From Dendrobates tinctorius (lineage: Eukaryota): a stretch of DNA of 64,000 bases. The stretch's first letter is position 1. Each line of letters opens with the position of its first letter. The DNA is taken from contig NW_027361671.1 of NCBI RefSeq assembly GCF_039654945.1, positions 62,868,001 to 62,932,000 of the forward strand. The letters are read 5' to 3'. The notes under the pieces were generated by a model. That model worked only from the letters and a program-made list of their open reading frames with translations. It did not search any database and had not been told where the DNA came from. Made by a program: the position numbers and the translations under genes. Positions 12,934 through 24,099 of this stretch are shown here, piece by piece.

Positions 12934-15900
12934 TGTCATGATCCAGGACGGGATTTCGCTTTGACCCGTCCTGGTTAGACTAGGGGTTAATTGTGCTGCC
13001 TCTCTCTGGCAGCAGGAGGCTATTTAGTGCTCACTGGACCTGGGTCCGGTGTCAGTTATACTCCTGCCCTCGGCTGAGTTAGTTGACCTCTTGTATACGT
13101 GTGCCTTGTGCCTGATATCTTGCTTGTTTGTTCGGTTGTGATCTGGTTCTGTCCCTGTTACGAGTTCTGCCTGACCCTCTTGTACTGCGCTACCTCTCGT
13201 GTATGACTCTCTGCTTGTGACCCGACTTCTCTCTGCTCGTCCCCTTGGTACCACGTCGCCATCTTGTGTATGACCTTTGGCTCTGTCTGACTACCCGTCT
13301 GTTCGTCCCTCCTGTACCTCGTTCGCCCGTACTGTGTGTGACCTCTGTTTTGCCTGACTCTGAGTTGTTGTATGGTGTCCTGTCCTATCTGAATACAGGA
13401 CACTAAGCCCCGCCCCCTTGCAGTCACATGACCATAGGTCCCGTGCACATTATTCAGTTTTAGTGTCCGCAGGTCCTATGCATCTTTACTTTCCAGCACT
13501 GACTGGATCCTGACACTATTAGCCTGAAGCACGCCTGGTCACCTCTGCTGCCCTGCTCCCCAGGTATCTTTTAGCACTGCATCTGTTCTCAGGACACGCG
13601 CACTGGCTCTATGAGCAAGTGCAGTGCGGTGTCTCTGGCATTATAACTGACCCATACCATTTTTTTTTCTCTGCTCCCATTCACCTGTGTGTGTGATGGA
13701 TCCTGTGCACGCTCTTTCTGAGCAGGTCAAGCACCAGACGCAGATGTCTCAGAAACTCTTTGGAGAACAAAGAGTCCTGGCTCAGTCTCAGCAGCTGATC
13801 GCTGACACTGTGCAGGGGGTTCTTTCATTGGGGATCGGGATGTTACATTAATTTCCCCTGAGTCTCCAGTGAAGTTACCAGATACCTTTTCTGGAGATAA
13901 AAATGACTTCAGAGTTTTCAAGGAGGGCTGTAAGCTTTTTTTTTCCTTAAGACCACACTCTTCTGGGGATGAAAGTCAGAGAGTGGGGGTCATTATGTCT
14001 CTGTTAAGGGGAGCCCCCCAAGCTTGGGCTTTCTCCCTTCCTACCACGGCCCCTGAGCGTTTGACTGTGGATGCATTTTTTGAGGCCCTGGGGCATATTT
14101 ATGATGAGCCTGATCGGGTGCGTATGGCTGAGGACAGGCTGATGAATGTTTGCCAGGGGAAACACTCAGCCGAGTGGTTTTGCTCAGAGTTCAGACGCTG
14201 GGCTGCTGAGGTCTGCTGGAACGACGCTGCTCTCCGGGGGTTGTTCCGCAGAGGCCTGTCTGAGCATCTGAAAGACGCCTTGGCTCTCCACCCCCCACCT
14301 GATGCCCTGGAGGAAGCTATGACACAGGCCGTCCGAATGGATCGCAGGTTACGGGCAAGGGGAGTGATACAAACCGAGACTTCATTATTCTCCCAAGGAA
14401 GGGGAGCCAGTTCTTCATTGAAAATCACGGCGATGGGAACCATCAACCTTAAGGAGGAAGAAAGGAGACAACGGCACGTGAGAAAATACTGTGTTCACAG
14501 TGGCGAGTCTGGACATGGGAAAAAGGATTGCCCCTCCCGGCCACTAACCAACAAACGACTGAGCCCGGGTGATTATCGTGGAGGTCACCCAGGCTCTCAG
14601 GTACCCTTTTCTGCATTTTCTAAAATGTCATTCCAAGTGGAACTTTGTTGTGGGGGTGTCTCCACATCCACAACTGCCTTCGTGGATTGCGGTTCATCAT
14701 TGAACTTTATTGACTCTGACTTGGTGGCCAGGTGTAAGTTAGGGACAGTTAGGTTGGAGACTCCGATTCACCTTGTTGCTATTGACAAAACACCACTGGG
14801 TAAGAATGACATTGTGTTTTGTACTGAAGAGTTTCTCCTTAAAGTGAGTTCCTTACATCAGGAACGTATTTCATGTTTTGTAATGAACAACCTGCCTGCG
14901 GGACTGGTGTTGGGGTTCCTCTGGTTACAGCTGCATAATCCTGTGATTAATTGGGAATCTCGGGATATTGTTAAATGGGGTCCCTATTGCTCTGAGAAAT
15001 GTCTTGTTTCTGTGTCTGTGTCGTCCGTGGGTCTAGAAGGCATTCCGGAGTGCCTGATAGATTATACTGACGTTTTCTCCGAAAAAGAGGCTGAGGTTTT
15101 ACCACCACACCGCCCATTTGATTGTGCCATTGACCTGGTTCCAGGTGCTAAATTGCCCAAAGCCCGCCTGTATAACCTCTCGGGTCCGGAACGGGCTGCG
15201 ATGAAGGAATATATTTCTGAGAGCCTCCGTAAGGGACATATTCATCCTTCTGTTTCTCCTGTGGCGGCAGGGTTCTTTTTTGTAAAAAAAAAAGACGGTG
15301 GTTTGCGCCCATGCCTCGATTTTCGTGAGTTAAATAAAATAACTGTGAGGAATACTTATCCCCTTCCACTTATTCCTGATTTATACAATCAGTTGTCCGG
15401 AGCTAAGTGGTTTTCGAAATTAGACCTACGGGGAGCGTATAACCTTATCCGAGTCCGGGATGGAGATGAATGGAAGACCGCCTTTCTCACTACTGAAGGG
15501 TTGTTTGAAAATTTGGTCATGCCCTTCAGCCTGACCAACGCTCCAGCGGTCTTCCAAAATTTCATAAATCATGTGTTCTCCGATTTGATTGGACGTTTTA
15601 TGTTGGTGTATTTGGATGACATTTTAATCTACTCGCCTGATAAACAGACTCACATTGGTCATGTTCGGGCAGTTCTCCAAAGGCTCAGGGAGAACTGTCT
15701 GTTTGCTAAACTTGAAAAATGTTTATTTTTTGTTCAGGAACTGTCCTTTCTGGGGTTCATCGTGTCTGCTGAAGGGTATCGCATGGATCCTAATAAGGTG
15801 CAGGCCATTCTCGAGTGGGTTCAACCGTGTGATTTGAAGGGTCTGCAACGTTTCCTAGGGTTCGCTAATTATTATCGGAAATTTATAAGGGGGTTCTCAC

Positions 15901-18579
15901 AGGTGGTTAAACCCCTCACAGACATGACTCAAAAGGGGGCCGATATCAAGAATTGGTCAACCGCAGCGGTAGCGGCATTTCAGTTTTTGAAAAAATGTTT
16001 CATGTCGGCCCCGGTTCCTATCCAACCGGACCCCTCTGAACCATTTATTGTTGAGGTAGACGCCTCAGAGGTGGAGGTGGGGGCGGTATTGTCCCAGGGA
16101 CCCGCCACTTTGACCAATTTAAGACCTTGCGCCTTTTTCTCAAAGAAGTTCTCTCCGGCAGAGAGAAACTATGATGTGGGGAATCGGGAACTTCTGGCCG
16201 TAAAATTGGCTTTTGCAGAATGGAGGCATTTTTTGGAGGGGGCTGTCCATCCTATAACGGTAATCACGGACCACAAAAACCTAGCTTACATCGAGTCTGC
16301 TAAAAGGTTGACTCCCAGACAGGCTAGATGGTCACTTTTTTTTTCTCGATTCAACTTCTCGATCACTTTCCGACCAGGATCCAAGAATATCAGAGCGGAT
16401 GCGTTGTCACGCAGTCTAGATCCGGTGTCCCCCCCGGAACCTCCATCCTCCATTCTTCAGCCTGGGGTGGTGGTGGCAGAGGTTTCTAATGTGTTGGAAC
16501 GAGAGATTCGAGAAGCCCAGGCTCTTGCACCTCCAGCTAAGCCGGTGGATAAACTTCATGTGCCAGCTCAGTTTCGTCTCAAGGTCCTCCAGGAGTTCCA
16601 TGACTCAGTTCTGGGTGGACATCCAGGGATCTCAGCGACCCGGAAGGCCATTGCTAGAATGTTCTGGTGGTCTTCTTTAGCCTCTGATGTTGGGGAGTAT
16701 GTGTCTGCGTGTGAGGTTTGTGCCCGTGCGAAAACTCCCCATAACCGGCCGGCCGGGGAATTGGTACCACTGCCAATTCCTGAGAGACCATGGACTCATC
16801 TGTCCATGGATTTCATCACCAACCTTCCCCCTTCCAAGGGTAATACCGTGGTCTGGGTCGTAGTGGACAGGTTTAGTAAGCAGGCACATTTTGTACCTTT
16901 GGCAGCTCTACCTAATGCGGAAACATTGTCCAGATTGTTTGTGGAGCATGTGGTGCGGTTGCATGGGGTACCCCTGAATGTGGTGTCTGATAGGGGAGTG
17001 CAATTTGTGTCCAGATTTTGGAGAGCTTTTTGTAGGAGGTTGGGTATTAGTCTGTCCTTTTCATCCGCCTACCATCCAGAGACTAATGGGCAGACTGAGC
17101 GGACCAATCAGTCTCTTGAGCAAATTCTGCGTTGTTTGACCTCAGCCCGACAGGATGATTGGTGTTCTGTGTTACCATTGGCTGAGTTTGCTTTTAACAA
17201 CCGCACTAACCAGTCTACGGGTACATCTCCTTTTTTTTGCAATTATGGGTTTCATCCTCATTTTGGAGAATTTTCCCGCTTGAATTCTGGGTGTCCTGGG
17301 GCGGACGAGTCGTTCCAGCGGTTGGGGGAGGTATGGCGGGAGGTCCAGAATAACATTACGAAGGCCCAGAACAAATTAAAATTTTTTGCGGACAAAAAAC
17401 GATCCGTGGGTCCAGTGTTTCAGGTCGGGGATAAGGTATGGTTATCCACCAAAAATATAAGGCTCAAGGTCCCCTCTGCGAAGCTTGGACCCAAGTTTAT
17501 AGGTCCCTATGTAATTACCGAAGCAGTTAACCCGGTGGCTTTTCGGTTGCAGCTCCCGCCATCTCTGCGGATCCCAAACGTTTTCCATAAGGCCCTTTTG
17601 AAACCTGTGAGGTCCAGTGGGGAGGGATCATCATCTTCCCCGACACCGGTTCTGGTAGATGGGCAGGCTGAGTACGAGGTGGAACGAATTGTCGACTCCA
17701 GGTTGGTCCGTCGCGCCCTTCAGTATTTGATACATTGGAAGGGCTACGGTCCTGAGGAACGCTCGTGGGTTCCTGCTCGATCAGTTCATGCGGATCGGTT
17801 GATCCGAGCCTTTCACGCCAAGCACCCTGAGAGACCTGGGGGTCCGGTGGCCCCCCATTGAGAGGAGGGTACTGTCATGATCCAGGACGGGATTTCGCTT
17901 TGACCCGTCCTGGTTAGACTAGGGGTTAATTGTGCTGCCTCTCTCTGGCAGCAGGAGGCTATTTAGTGCTCACTGGACCTGGGTCCGGTGTCAGTTATAC
18001 TCCTGCCCTCGGCTGAGTTAAGTGACCTCTTGTATACGTGTGCCTTGTGCCTGATATCTTGCTTGTTTGTTCGGTTGTGATCTGGTTCTGTCCCTGTTAC
18101 GAGTTCTGCCTGACCCTCTTGTACTGCGCTACCTCTCGTGTATGACTCTCTGCTTGTGACCCGACTTCTCTCTGCTCGTCCCCTTGGTACCACGTCGCCC
18201 TCTTGTGTATGACCTTTGGCTCTGTCTGACTACCTGTCTGTTCGTCCCTCCTGTACCTCGTTCGCCCGTACTGTGTGTGACCTCTGTTTTGCCTGACTCT
18301 GAGTTGTTGTATGGTGTCCTGTCCTATCTGAATACAGGACGCTAAGCCCCGCCCCCTTGCAGTCACATGACCATAGGTCCCGTGCACATTATTCAGTTTT
18401 AGTGTCCGCAGGTCCTATGCATCTTTACTTTCCAGCACTGACTGGATCCTGACACTATTAGCCTGAAGCACGCCTGGTCTCCTCTGCTGCCCTGCTCCCC
18501 AGGTATCTTTTAGCACTGCTTCTGTTCTCAGGACACGCGCACTGGCTCTATGAGCAAGTGCAGTGCGGTGTCTCTGACA
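12934..18579 (+). mobile_element. Gypsy element C: young full-length chromoviral LTR retrotransposon
   Basis: 707-bp LTRs 12934-13640 and 17873-18579 with about 8 differences by eye; PPT GAGAGGAGGGTAC; 5-bp TSD CCTTG. Confidence 0.97.
13869..17861 (+). CDS. Gag-Pol polyprotein of element C (Gag, PR, RT, RNase H, IN, chromodomain)
   Basis: 1330-aa open frame: FVDCGS, YLDD, EVDAS, HDSVLGGH..CEVC, SMDFI/VSDRG/GQTER, IGPY, chromodomain. The likely true ATG (13696) is out of frame through an apparent 1-bp loss near 13830. Confidence 0.9.
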   Translation: MKLPDTFSGDKNDFRVFKEGCKLFFSLRPHSSGDESQRVGVIMSLLRGAPQAWAFSLPTTAPERLTVDAFFEALGHIYDEPDRVRMAEDRLMNVCQGKHSAEWFCSEFRRWAAEVCWNDAALRGLFRRGLSEHLKDALALHPPPDALEEAMTQAVRMDRRLRARGVIQTETSLFSQGRGASSSLKITAMGTINLKEEERRQRHVRKYCVHSGESGHGKKDCPSRPLTNKRLSPGDYRGGHPGSQVPFSAFSKMSFQVELCCGGVSTSTTAFVDCGSSLNFIDSDLVARCKLGTVRLETPIHLVAIDKTPLGKNDIVFCTEEFLLKVSSLHQERISCFVMNNLPAGLVLGFLWLQLHNPVINWESRDIVKWGPYCSEKCLVSVSVSSVGLEGIPECLIDYTDVFSEKEAEVLPPHRPFDCAIDLVPGAKLPKARLYNLSGPERAAMKEYISESLRKGHIHPSVSPVAAGFFFVKKKDGGLRPCLDFRELNKITVRNTYPLPLIPDLYNQLSGAKWFSKLDLRGAYNLIRVRDGDEWKTAFLTTEGLFENLVMPFSLTNAPAVFQNFINHVFSDLIGRFMLVYLDDILIYSPDKQTHIGHVRAVLQRLRENCLFAKLEKCLFFVQELSFLGFIVSAEGYRMDPNKVQAILEWVQPCDLKGLQRFLGFANYYRKFIRGFSQVVKPLTDMTQKGADIKNWSTAAVAAFQFLKKCFMSAPVPIQPDPSEPFIVEVDASEVEVGAVLSQGPATLTNLRPCAFFSKKFSPAERNYDVGNRELLAVKLAFAEWRHFLEGAVHPITVITDHKNLAYIESAKRLTPRQARWSLFFSRFNFSITFRPGSKNIRADALSRSLDPVSPPEPPSSILQPGVVVAEVSNVLEREIREAQALAPPAKPVDKLHVPAQFRLKVLQEFHDSVLGGHPGISATRKAIARMFWWSSLASDVGEYVSACEVCARAKTPHNRPAGELVPLPIPERPWTHLSMDFITNLPPSKGNTVVWVVVDRFSKQAHFVPLAALPNAETLSRLFVEHVVRLHGVPLNVVSDRGVQFVSRFWRAFCRRLGISLSFSSAYHPETNGQTERTNQSLEQILRCLTSARQDDWCSVLPLAEFAFNNRTNQSTGTSPFFCNYGFHPHFGEFSRLNSGCPGADESFQRLGEVWREVQNNITKAQNKLKFFADKKRSVGPVFQVGDKVWLSTKNIRLKVPSAKLGPKFIGPYVITEAVNPVAFRLQLPPSLRIPNVFHKALLKPVRSSGEGSSSSPTPVLVDGQAEYEVERIVDSRLVRRALQYLIHWKGYGPEERSWVPARSVHADRLIRAFHAKHPERPGGPVAPH

Positions 18580-21000
18580 CCTTGAGGTAATGTCCTGCAT
18601 GACCACAGTAGAAGCAGAGCAGAGTCCCAGAGCAAGCCGACGTCTCCTCTCCGCGGTCCAAGAGCTGGCTGTTCCAACCTCCATTGGTACTGTCTCAAGT
18701 AAGGAAACTGACTCGGGAAGAATGACTGAAACCTCTTGTCACTCATCACTTCTCTCTCGAATTCTACGATCCATACGAATGGCCTGAGTCATGGCCTCCC
18801 TCAAAGAACAGGGTGGAGAATGCAAAGCCAGAGCGTCCTTAAGAGTATCTGTAAGGCCACGGTAAAATTGACACCTGAGAGAGCAGCATTGTTCCACAGA
18901 ACCTCAGATGACAGTTGCCAGAACTATAATCCTCAGTGGTGAGGAGCCCCTGTGTCAGGTTCATGATCTTAGCCTCTGCGACCTGGACCCTATCAGGTTT
19001 ATCATAAAGCATCCCTAAAGTGTCAAAAAAGGAGTCAACAGAAGAGCGTTTCGGGTCTAGTGGGGAGAAAGGGAATGCCCAAGTCTAAGGATCCCCAGGC
19101 AATAGGGACATAATTATACACACCTACTGGGACTGATACCCAGAAAACTGGGGTCGTAGAGTAAAAAATAATTTACAGCTCTCCCTAAATACCCTAAATT
19201 GATCCCTGCCGAAAATCTGTCAGGAAGTGACAACTGATTCAGGGGAGGTCAACTGTACATCAGCGGGTCCAGGAGACGTAACTACTACCGATAACGGAGA
19301 GCTTTTGGAACCACCCAGGGTACTAAACTGACCCTGCAACTGGGACTGTGATAATTCTAGCCTCTGGTGACCCCTGGCCAGATCCTGAGCCATCTGGGTC
19401 AGATTTGTCACCTGATCACACAAACTGATGAACAAACTGGATCCATTGTGCAGGAAAGAAAAGTATATGGCCAGACGTAATGTGACGCTAGTCACTACTC
19501 ACGGACAGACCGTGAGTCAGAAGAGTCAGACATTCCGGGGTCAATACCAAGAGTGTACGTAGATAGCCAAGGGAAAAGATGAAGGAATACGTCAGGTCAC
19601 AGTCGAGGGTCAATATCAAGAGATAGCGGATCAAAAGCCAAAGGACAAGACAAATGTATAGTCAGGACACGGTCCAAAGGATCAGGCAGTAGAAGATCAG
19701 AACTCAGAGCAACAGAATCAGGCTAACTCTCACCAAGAAGCACAAACTACATCTGGCAAGGATCAGAGACAGACAACTCAGTTAAGTAGCAGTCACAAAT
19801 TGGACAGCTGAGCTTTCAATCAAAGCATCGACAGCCAAGCAAGCCCATTACAGGACTGGACTGTCAAGCTGTCAGTCTAGACACAAACAACTCAACAAAA
19901 AGTTTCCATAGACAATCATAGCAACCACTCATTGAGCAGAGGAATCGTGACAGTTTTACTATGGAGAAAACTCACAAATTTAAGTGCATGTCCATTTTGC
20001 ACAAAAATGTAATAGTTTATGCAGCTCTCACTACTTTTTTAAAAGTGGTTGAATTTAATGGGAGAAGTGGTCAAACTGCAGTCCAAAAGATTTACTATAA
20101 TCCACCAGAAGTTGTAATAAATTATAGCATAAATTTCAGTTTGTGGCGCATTGACAGCCCACAATATATCAAATTTATTTATAGGATCTTATTCCAACAC
20201 ACAGCTGAAAAGTGTGAATTAAACTTCAATCAACTACAGAAGTCTGAAAACTGACTTAAATGGGTTGTCCGGCCATGGGGTACAAGTCTGCAGTCACTCC
20301 ATGTGCGCACGCTGTGAGGATTCACAAGTCTGCAGTAACATAGAATGACTGTAGATTTGTTCCCCAAGGCCAGACAACCCTGTTACGGCCTCTTTCATAC
20401 ATTTGGTTTTAATGTACAAGTTATATCCATGTTTTTCATCGATAGAACGAGTTCCCATTATAGCCTATGGGGCTGTTTACAAATCTGTGTTTTTTTACAG
20501 ACTGAGTGTCAGCAAAAAAAACCTCCAGAATAATGAGATGTACCCTTTTTTGATCCTCGTTATGGATCAAACTCGCCAATGCATGTTAAAGGGTCCATAA
20601 AAAAAACTGATAGCACTTGGATGCCATGCATGTTTTACTCGAGTAGTGCCCTTTTTTGCTGTTAAATGATTGGAGCTTGGAATAGTTATTTTTTTCTGCT
20701 AACAAATCAAAAAGAATCAAAAATCAATAAAGATTGTGTAACGCTCATGCCCTGACTGGTTGGCGCGAGCGTGGGGTTGTGGCCCCACTGTGCCACAAAC
20801 CAGACTACCCTGGAAGGGGCATGACTAAGCAGCTATCTTGGTGTTCACTGGGGCCTCTGATGGTGAAGTCAGGCTTGTGCGGTAGGTAGCTGCCAGGTAC
20901 CACTCCAGGGTGGTGTCTGGCTGTGGCTGCTGATCCCACTGATGGACTGGACACTAATAGCAGGTGCGGGCAGGTACTGAGAGGCACAACTGGTACTCTG

Positions 21001-21210
21001 GCGGGCACGGCTGGCACTCTGGCAAGACAGGCGGGCATGGCTGGCACTCTGACGGGACAGGCGGGCACGGCTGGCACTTTGGCAGGACAGGTGGGCACGG
21101 CTGGCACTCTGGCAGGAAAGACGGGCATGGCTGGCACTCTGGCAGGACAGGCGGGCACGGCTGGCACTCTGGCAGGACAGGCGGGCACGGCTGAGACACT
21201 AGCAGGCAGG
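21001..21210. repeat. 30-bp tandem repeat, about 7 copies, inside LTR E
   Basis: Unit GCGGGCACGGCTGGCACTCTGGCAGGACAG. Confidence 0.9.
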
Positions 21211-21789
21211 CACGGATGAGTATGAGTGGTATGAGGGGACAGGTGGGGAGCTGTTCACACTGGAGGTGCAGGAACTGGTTCTGGAAGGACAGGAACATAG
21301 ACAGGTATGAAGGGTATGAGGAAACAGGTTGGGACCTGTTCACACTGGAGAAGCCGGTACTGACTAGGAACCAGTACAGACTGGTAGGACAAGGATCCGC
21401 AAGATACAGAACGGAAGCAAAGCAGAACCGCAGAGTTGCGGAGCAGAGAAGAACAGCAAGAAGCGGAGCAGGGTAGAACTGCAAGGCTGCGGAGAGGAGC
21501 TGCAGTTTGCAGCAAGAGGTTCTGCAGCAGGAGCCACAGGAAGGGAGCAGAGCGAAACTGCAAGGTATGTGGTGAGGAACTGCAGCAAGAGATTCTGCAG
21601 CAGTAGGAGAGGAGCAATACGAAACCGCAAAGTATGCGGAGAGGAGCTGCAGCAAGAGGTTTGGCAGCAGCAGACGTGGAGCACAAGCAGAACCACAAGA
21701 GTGCGGAGCACAGGCAGAACCTCAAGATTGCGGAGCACAGGCAGAATTGCAAGAATGCGGAGCACAGGCAGAATCGCAGGAGTGCAGAG

Positions 21790-22355
21790 CGTTATGAACT
21801 GGTCACCAAGGAGGATGGCAGGAATAGGCTAGGCCACCAGGAAACCAGAAAGGTTGGTAACTTAGCGGATTGTACGACTGATATGTACAAAAAACACTGA
21901 GGTCTTACGACCTCTCCCCCACTATATCAGCATTCTGGTATGAACTGGCAGCAAAGCATAATGGGCTAATATCACAGGGGACTAAACAAACTGACACAAG
22001 CTGTAACTTAAGGAGCGGGGTCCCGCACAGCCCCAGCAGGGAGCACGCTGAACCCTCACAGCAAAGCAGAAAGCAGAAAAAGGCAAAACCAGATCAGATG
22101 CAAAGGATTAGCAAAAGAACCACTTAACTGAAAAATGTAGGATAAGGCAGGAGACAGCAGACCTCAAAATGCACAGGAAGAAACAATCACCAGCAGCAAC
22201 TGAGGGAAGCCTGCTCACTTAAATACTCCCAGTCAGTAACCCCAGATTTCCAATCATTGTCGTCAGGTGGCAGATTTCTGTCAATCCAGCCAGCTCCACT
22301 ACCCACAGTAACCACCAGAGGGAGCTCCGACTCAGAAGTAAGAGAATTCACAACA
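21790..22355 (-). mobile_element. Solo LTR related to element B's LTR, nested in LTR E
   Basis: Reverse complement starts TGTTGTGAATTC and ends CCTCCTTGGTGAC..TTCATAAC(G), as in B; GCAGAG on both flanks. Confidence 0.85.
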
Positions 22356-24099
22356 GCAGAGTACAGGCAGATGGAGAGGACACAAGGATAGGCACAGCAG
22401 GGAAAGGAGCCACAAACAAGGAGACTAACAGACAGAGGTAGGACTGAGTTCAGACAAGGTCAGGAACAGGATAAGATACAGGAATAGAACACAGTAAACA
22501 CAAGGGCGGACACGGGAACAAATACTGGACAAATACACAGGCCTGAGTATGCAGCCCTCAAGACACAAAGTGCACAGAAACAGATCGGGGTATACAGCCC
22601 CCAGAGAAGGCAGAACAAAGACACAAAGCACACAGAAACAGATTCTGGGTATGCAGCCCCCAGAGAGGGCAGAAACAGGACCTGGCAACTAAGCAGCAAG
22701 TCACTGACTGAGATAGTGTTACTCAGGCAGCTTCCACCGGGTGGAGCTGCCCTAAATACTAGAGGCCTCTTGATAATTGGTTGGGAACACCATAGGCAGG
22801 TGCACACTGATTCTATAAGAACCAGAGAGTGCCGGTGCCGCCCTCCTATGCACACAGCCAGGAAGTATGCAGAGAGCAGGTAGAAGGCAAGACGCATGGA
22901 GCTGGCAGAAGACAAAGCTCACAGCATGGCCCGGAGTAGTGAGTAAGGCTGATGGGGGATGGGAGGCCATGCAGTGATGCTGGCAGGGTTGTTACAGATT
23001 GGATCTAGAACGCTGATGAAAAAGGTCCCTTTCTTTCGTATGCAAAAAATATAGACATCTGAATGAGACACCTAAAACATTGCGCTTTGTACTGTTATGG
23101 ATCAGATCAGTCACCACAATGTTTAAGTACTGTATATCATGCTGGAATAACCTGGTTATTTTCAAGTTCAAATAAGCAGCTGAAGTGAAGTTCCATCTTG
23201 GAATTGGAATGTGCTGTGTTGTTCATTAATATTTCAGCATGTAAAGGTGTGAATTACACCATGGAAAGTCACTACACAAATGCTGTTCATGGATTAAATG
23301 ATGCATGACACATTAAAAATGTACCTAAATGTTTACACTGAATAATGAGAGCCACAAAAGTACTCAAGCTGCCTACTTGCTTGGAACAGCGATTTTTTTG
23401 CATAAATTACGACAGCAGTTTATCATAAAAACACACAATTAAACCCTACAATCACAGTGGTGAGGACATCAAGCAACTGTCTCACAATAGCTTAAATAAC
23501 AATTGTAACTAGACAGTCATGTCCAGAAAGGAATGTTCACTGTGTTTAGTCTTTGTCAAAACGTTATTGTTTTTGTATGAATTCTTATTTTGCTACAAAA
23601 AGGAATTTGCTTTTTTTCTGATCCAAAAGTGAAATATATTAGCAGTGCTGATCCACTGGCTTAATCTTGCAAACAACAATATAAATCCATGCAATCAACT
23701 AATTATCTTCAGTGGTGGCTCATCAACAGAAAAAACATCAGTACATGAATACAGAACCAAACAATCAGTACATAAATAAATCACCAGAACCACCAAAAAA
23801 AAACATTTCTACAGAACCATGGCTACAGGTGCCTCTCACAAAATTAGAATATCAAAAAATTAATTTATTTCAGTTCTTCAATACAAAAAATGAAACTCAT
23901 ATATTACAAAGAGTCATTACAAACAGAGTGATCTATTTCAAGTGTTTATTTCTGTTAATGTTGATGATTATGGCTAACAGCCAATGAAAACCCAAAAGTC
24001 ATTAGCTCAGTAAATTAGAATACTTTATAACAGCAGCTTGAAAAATGATTTTAAAATCTTAAATGTTGTCCTATTGAAATGTATGATCAGTAAATGCAC

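Larger units (their letters stand above)
4078..19952 (-). mobile_element. Gypsy element A: internally deleted chromoviral LTR retrotransposon hosting elements B and C
   Basis: Related LTRs at 4078-4588 and 19481-19952; polypurine tract next to 4589; flanks GATTT/GTTTT (degenerate 5-bp TSD). Internal pieces 18585-19447 (gag), 12756-12928 and 4589-4929 (integrase GPY and chromodomain) join in frame when B and C are removed. Confidence 0.85.
20737..22996 (-). mobile_element. Solo LTR E with internal tandem repeats and a nested LTR
   Basis: TGTAAC...GTTACA termini; exact 5-bp TSD GATTG; no coding domains. Orientation is inferred. Confidence 0.85.
20386..23072. mobile_element. Degenerate Harbinger-like MITE split by solo LTR E
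   Basis: GGCCTCTTTCATACA start and TGAATGAGACACC end form an imperfect TIR pair either side of the LTR. Confidence 0.4.

Noticed and set aside
20805-21900. Repetitive Gly/Ala/Cys-rich ORFs
   Set aside because: Products of tandem repeats within solo LTR E.
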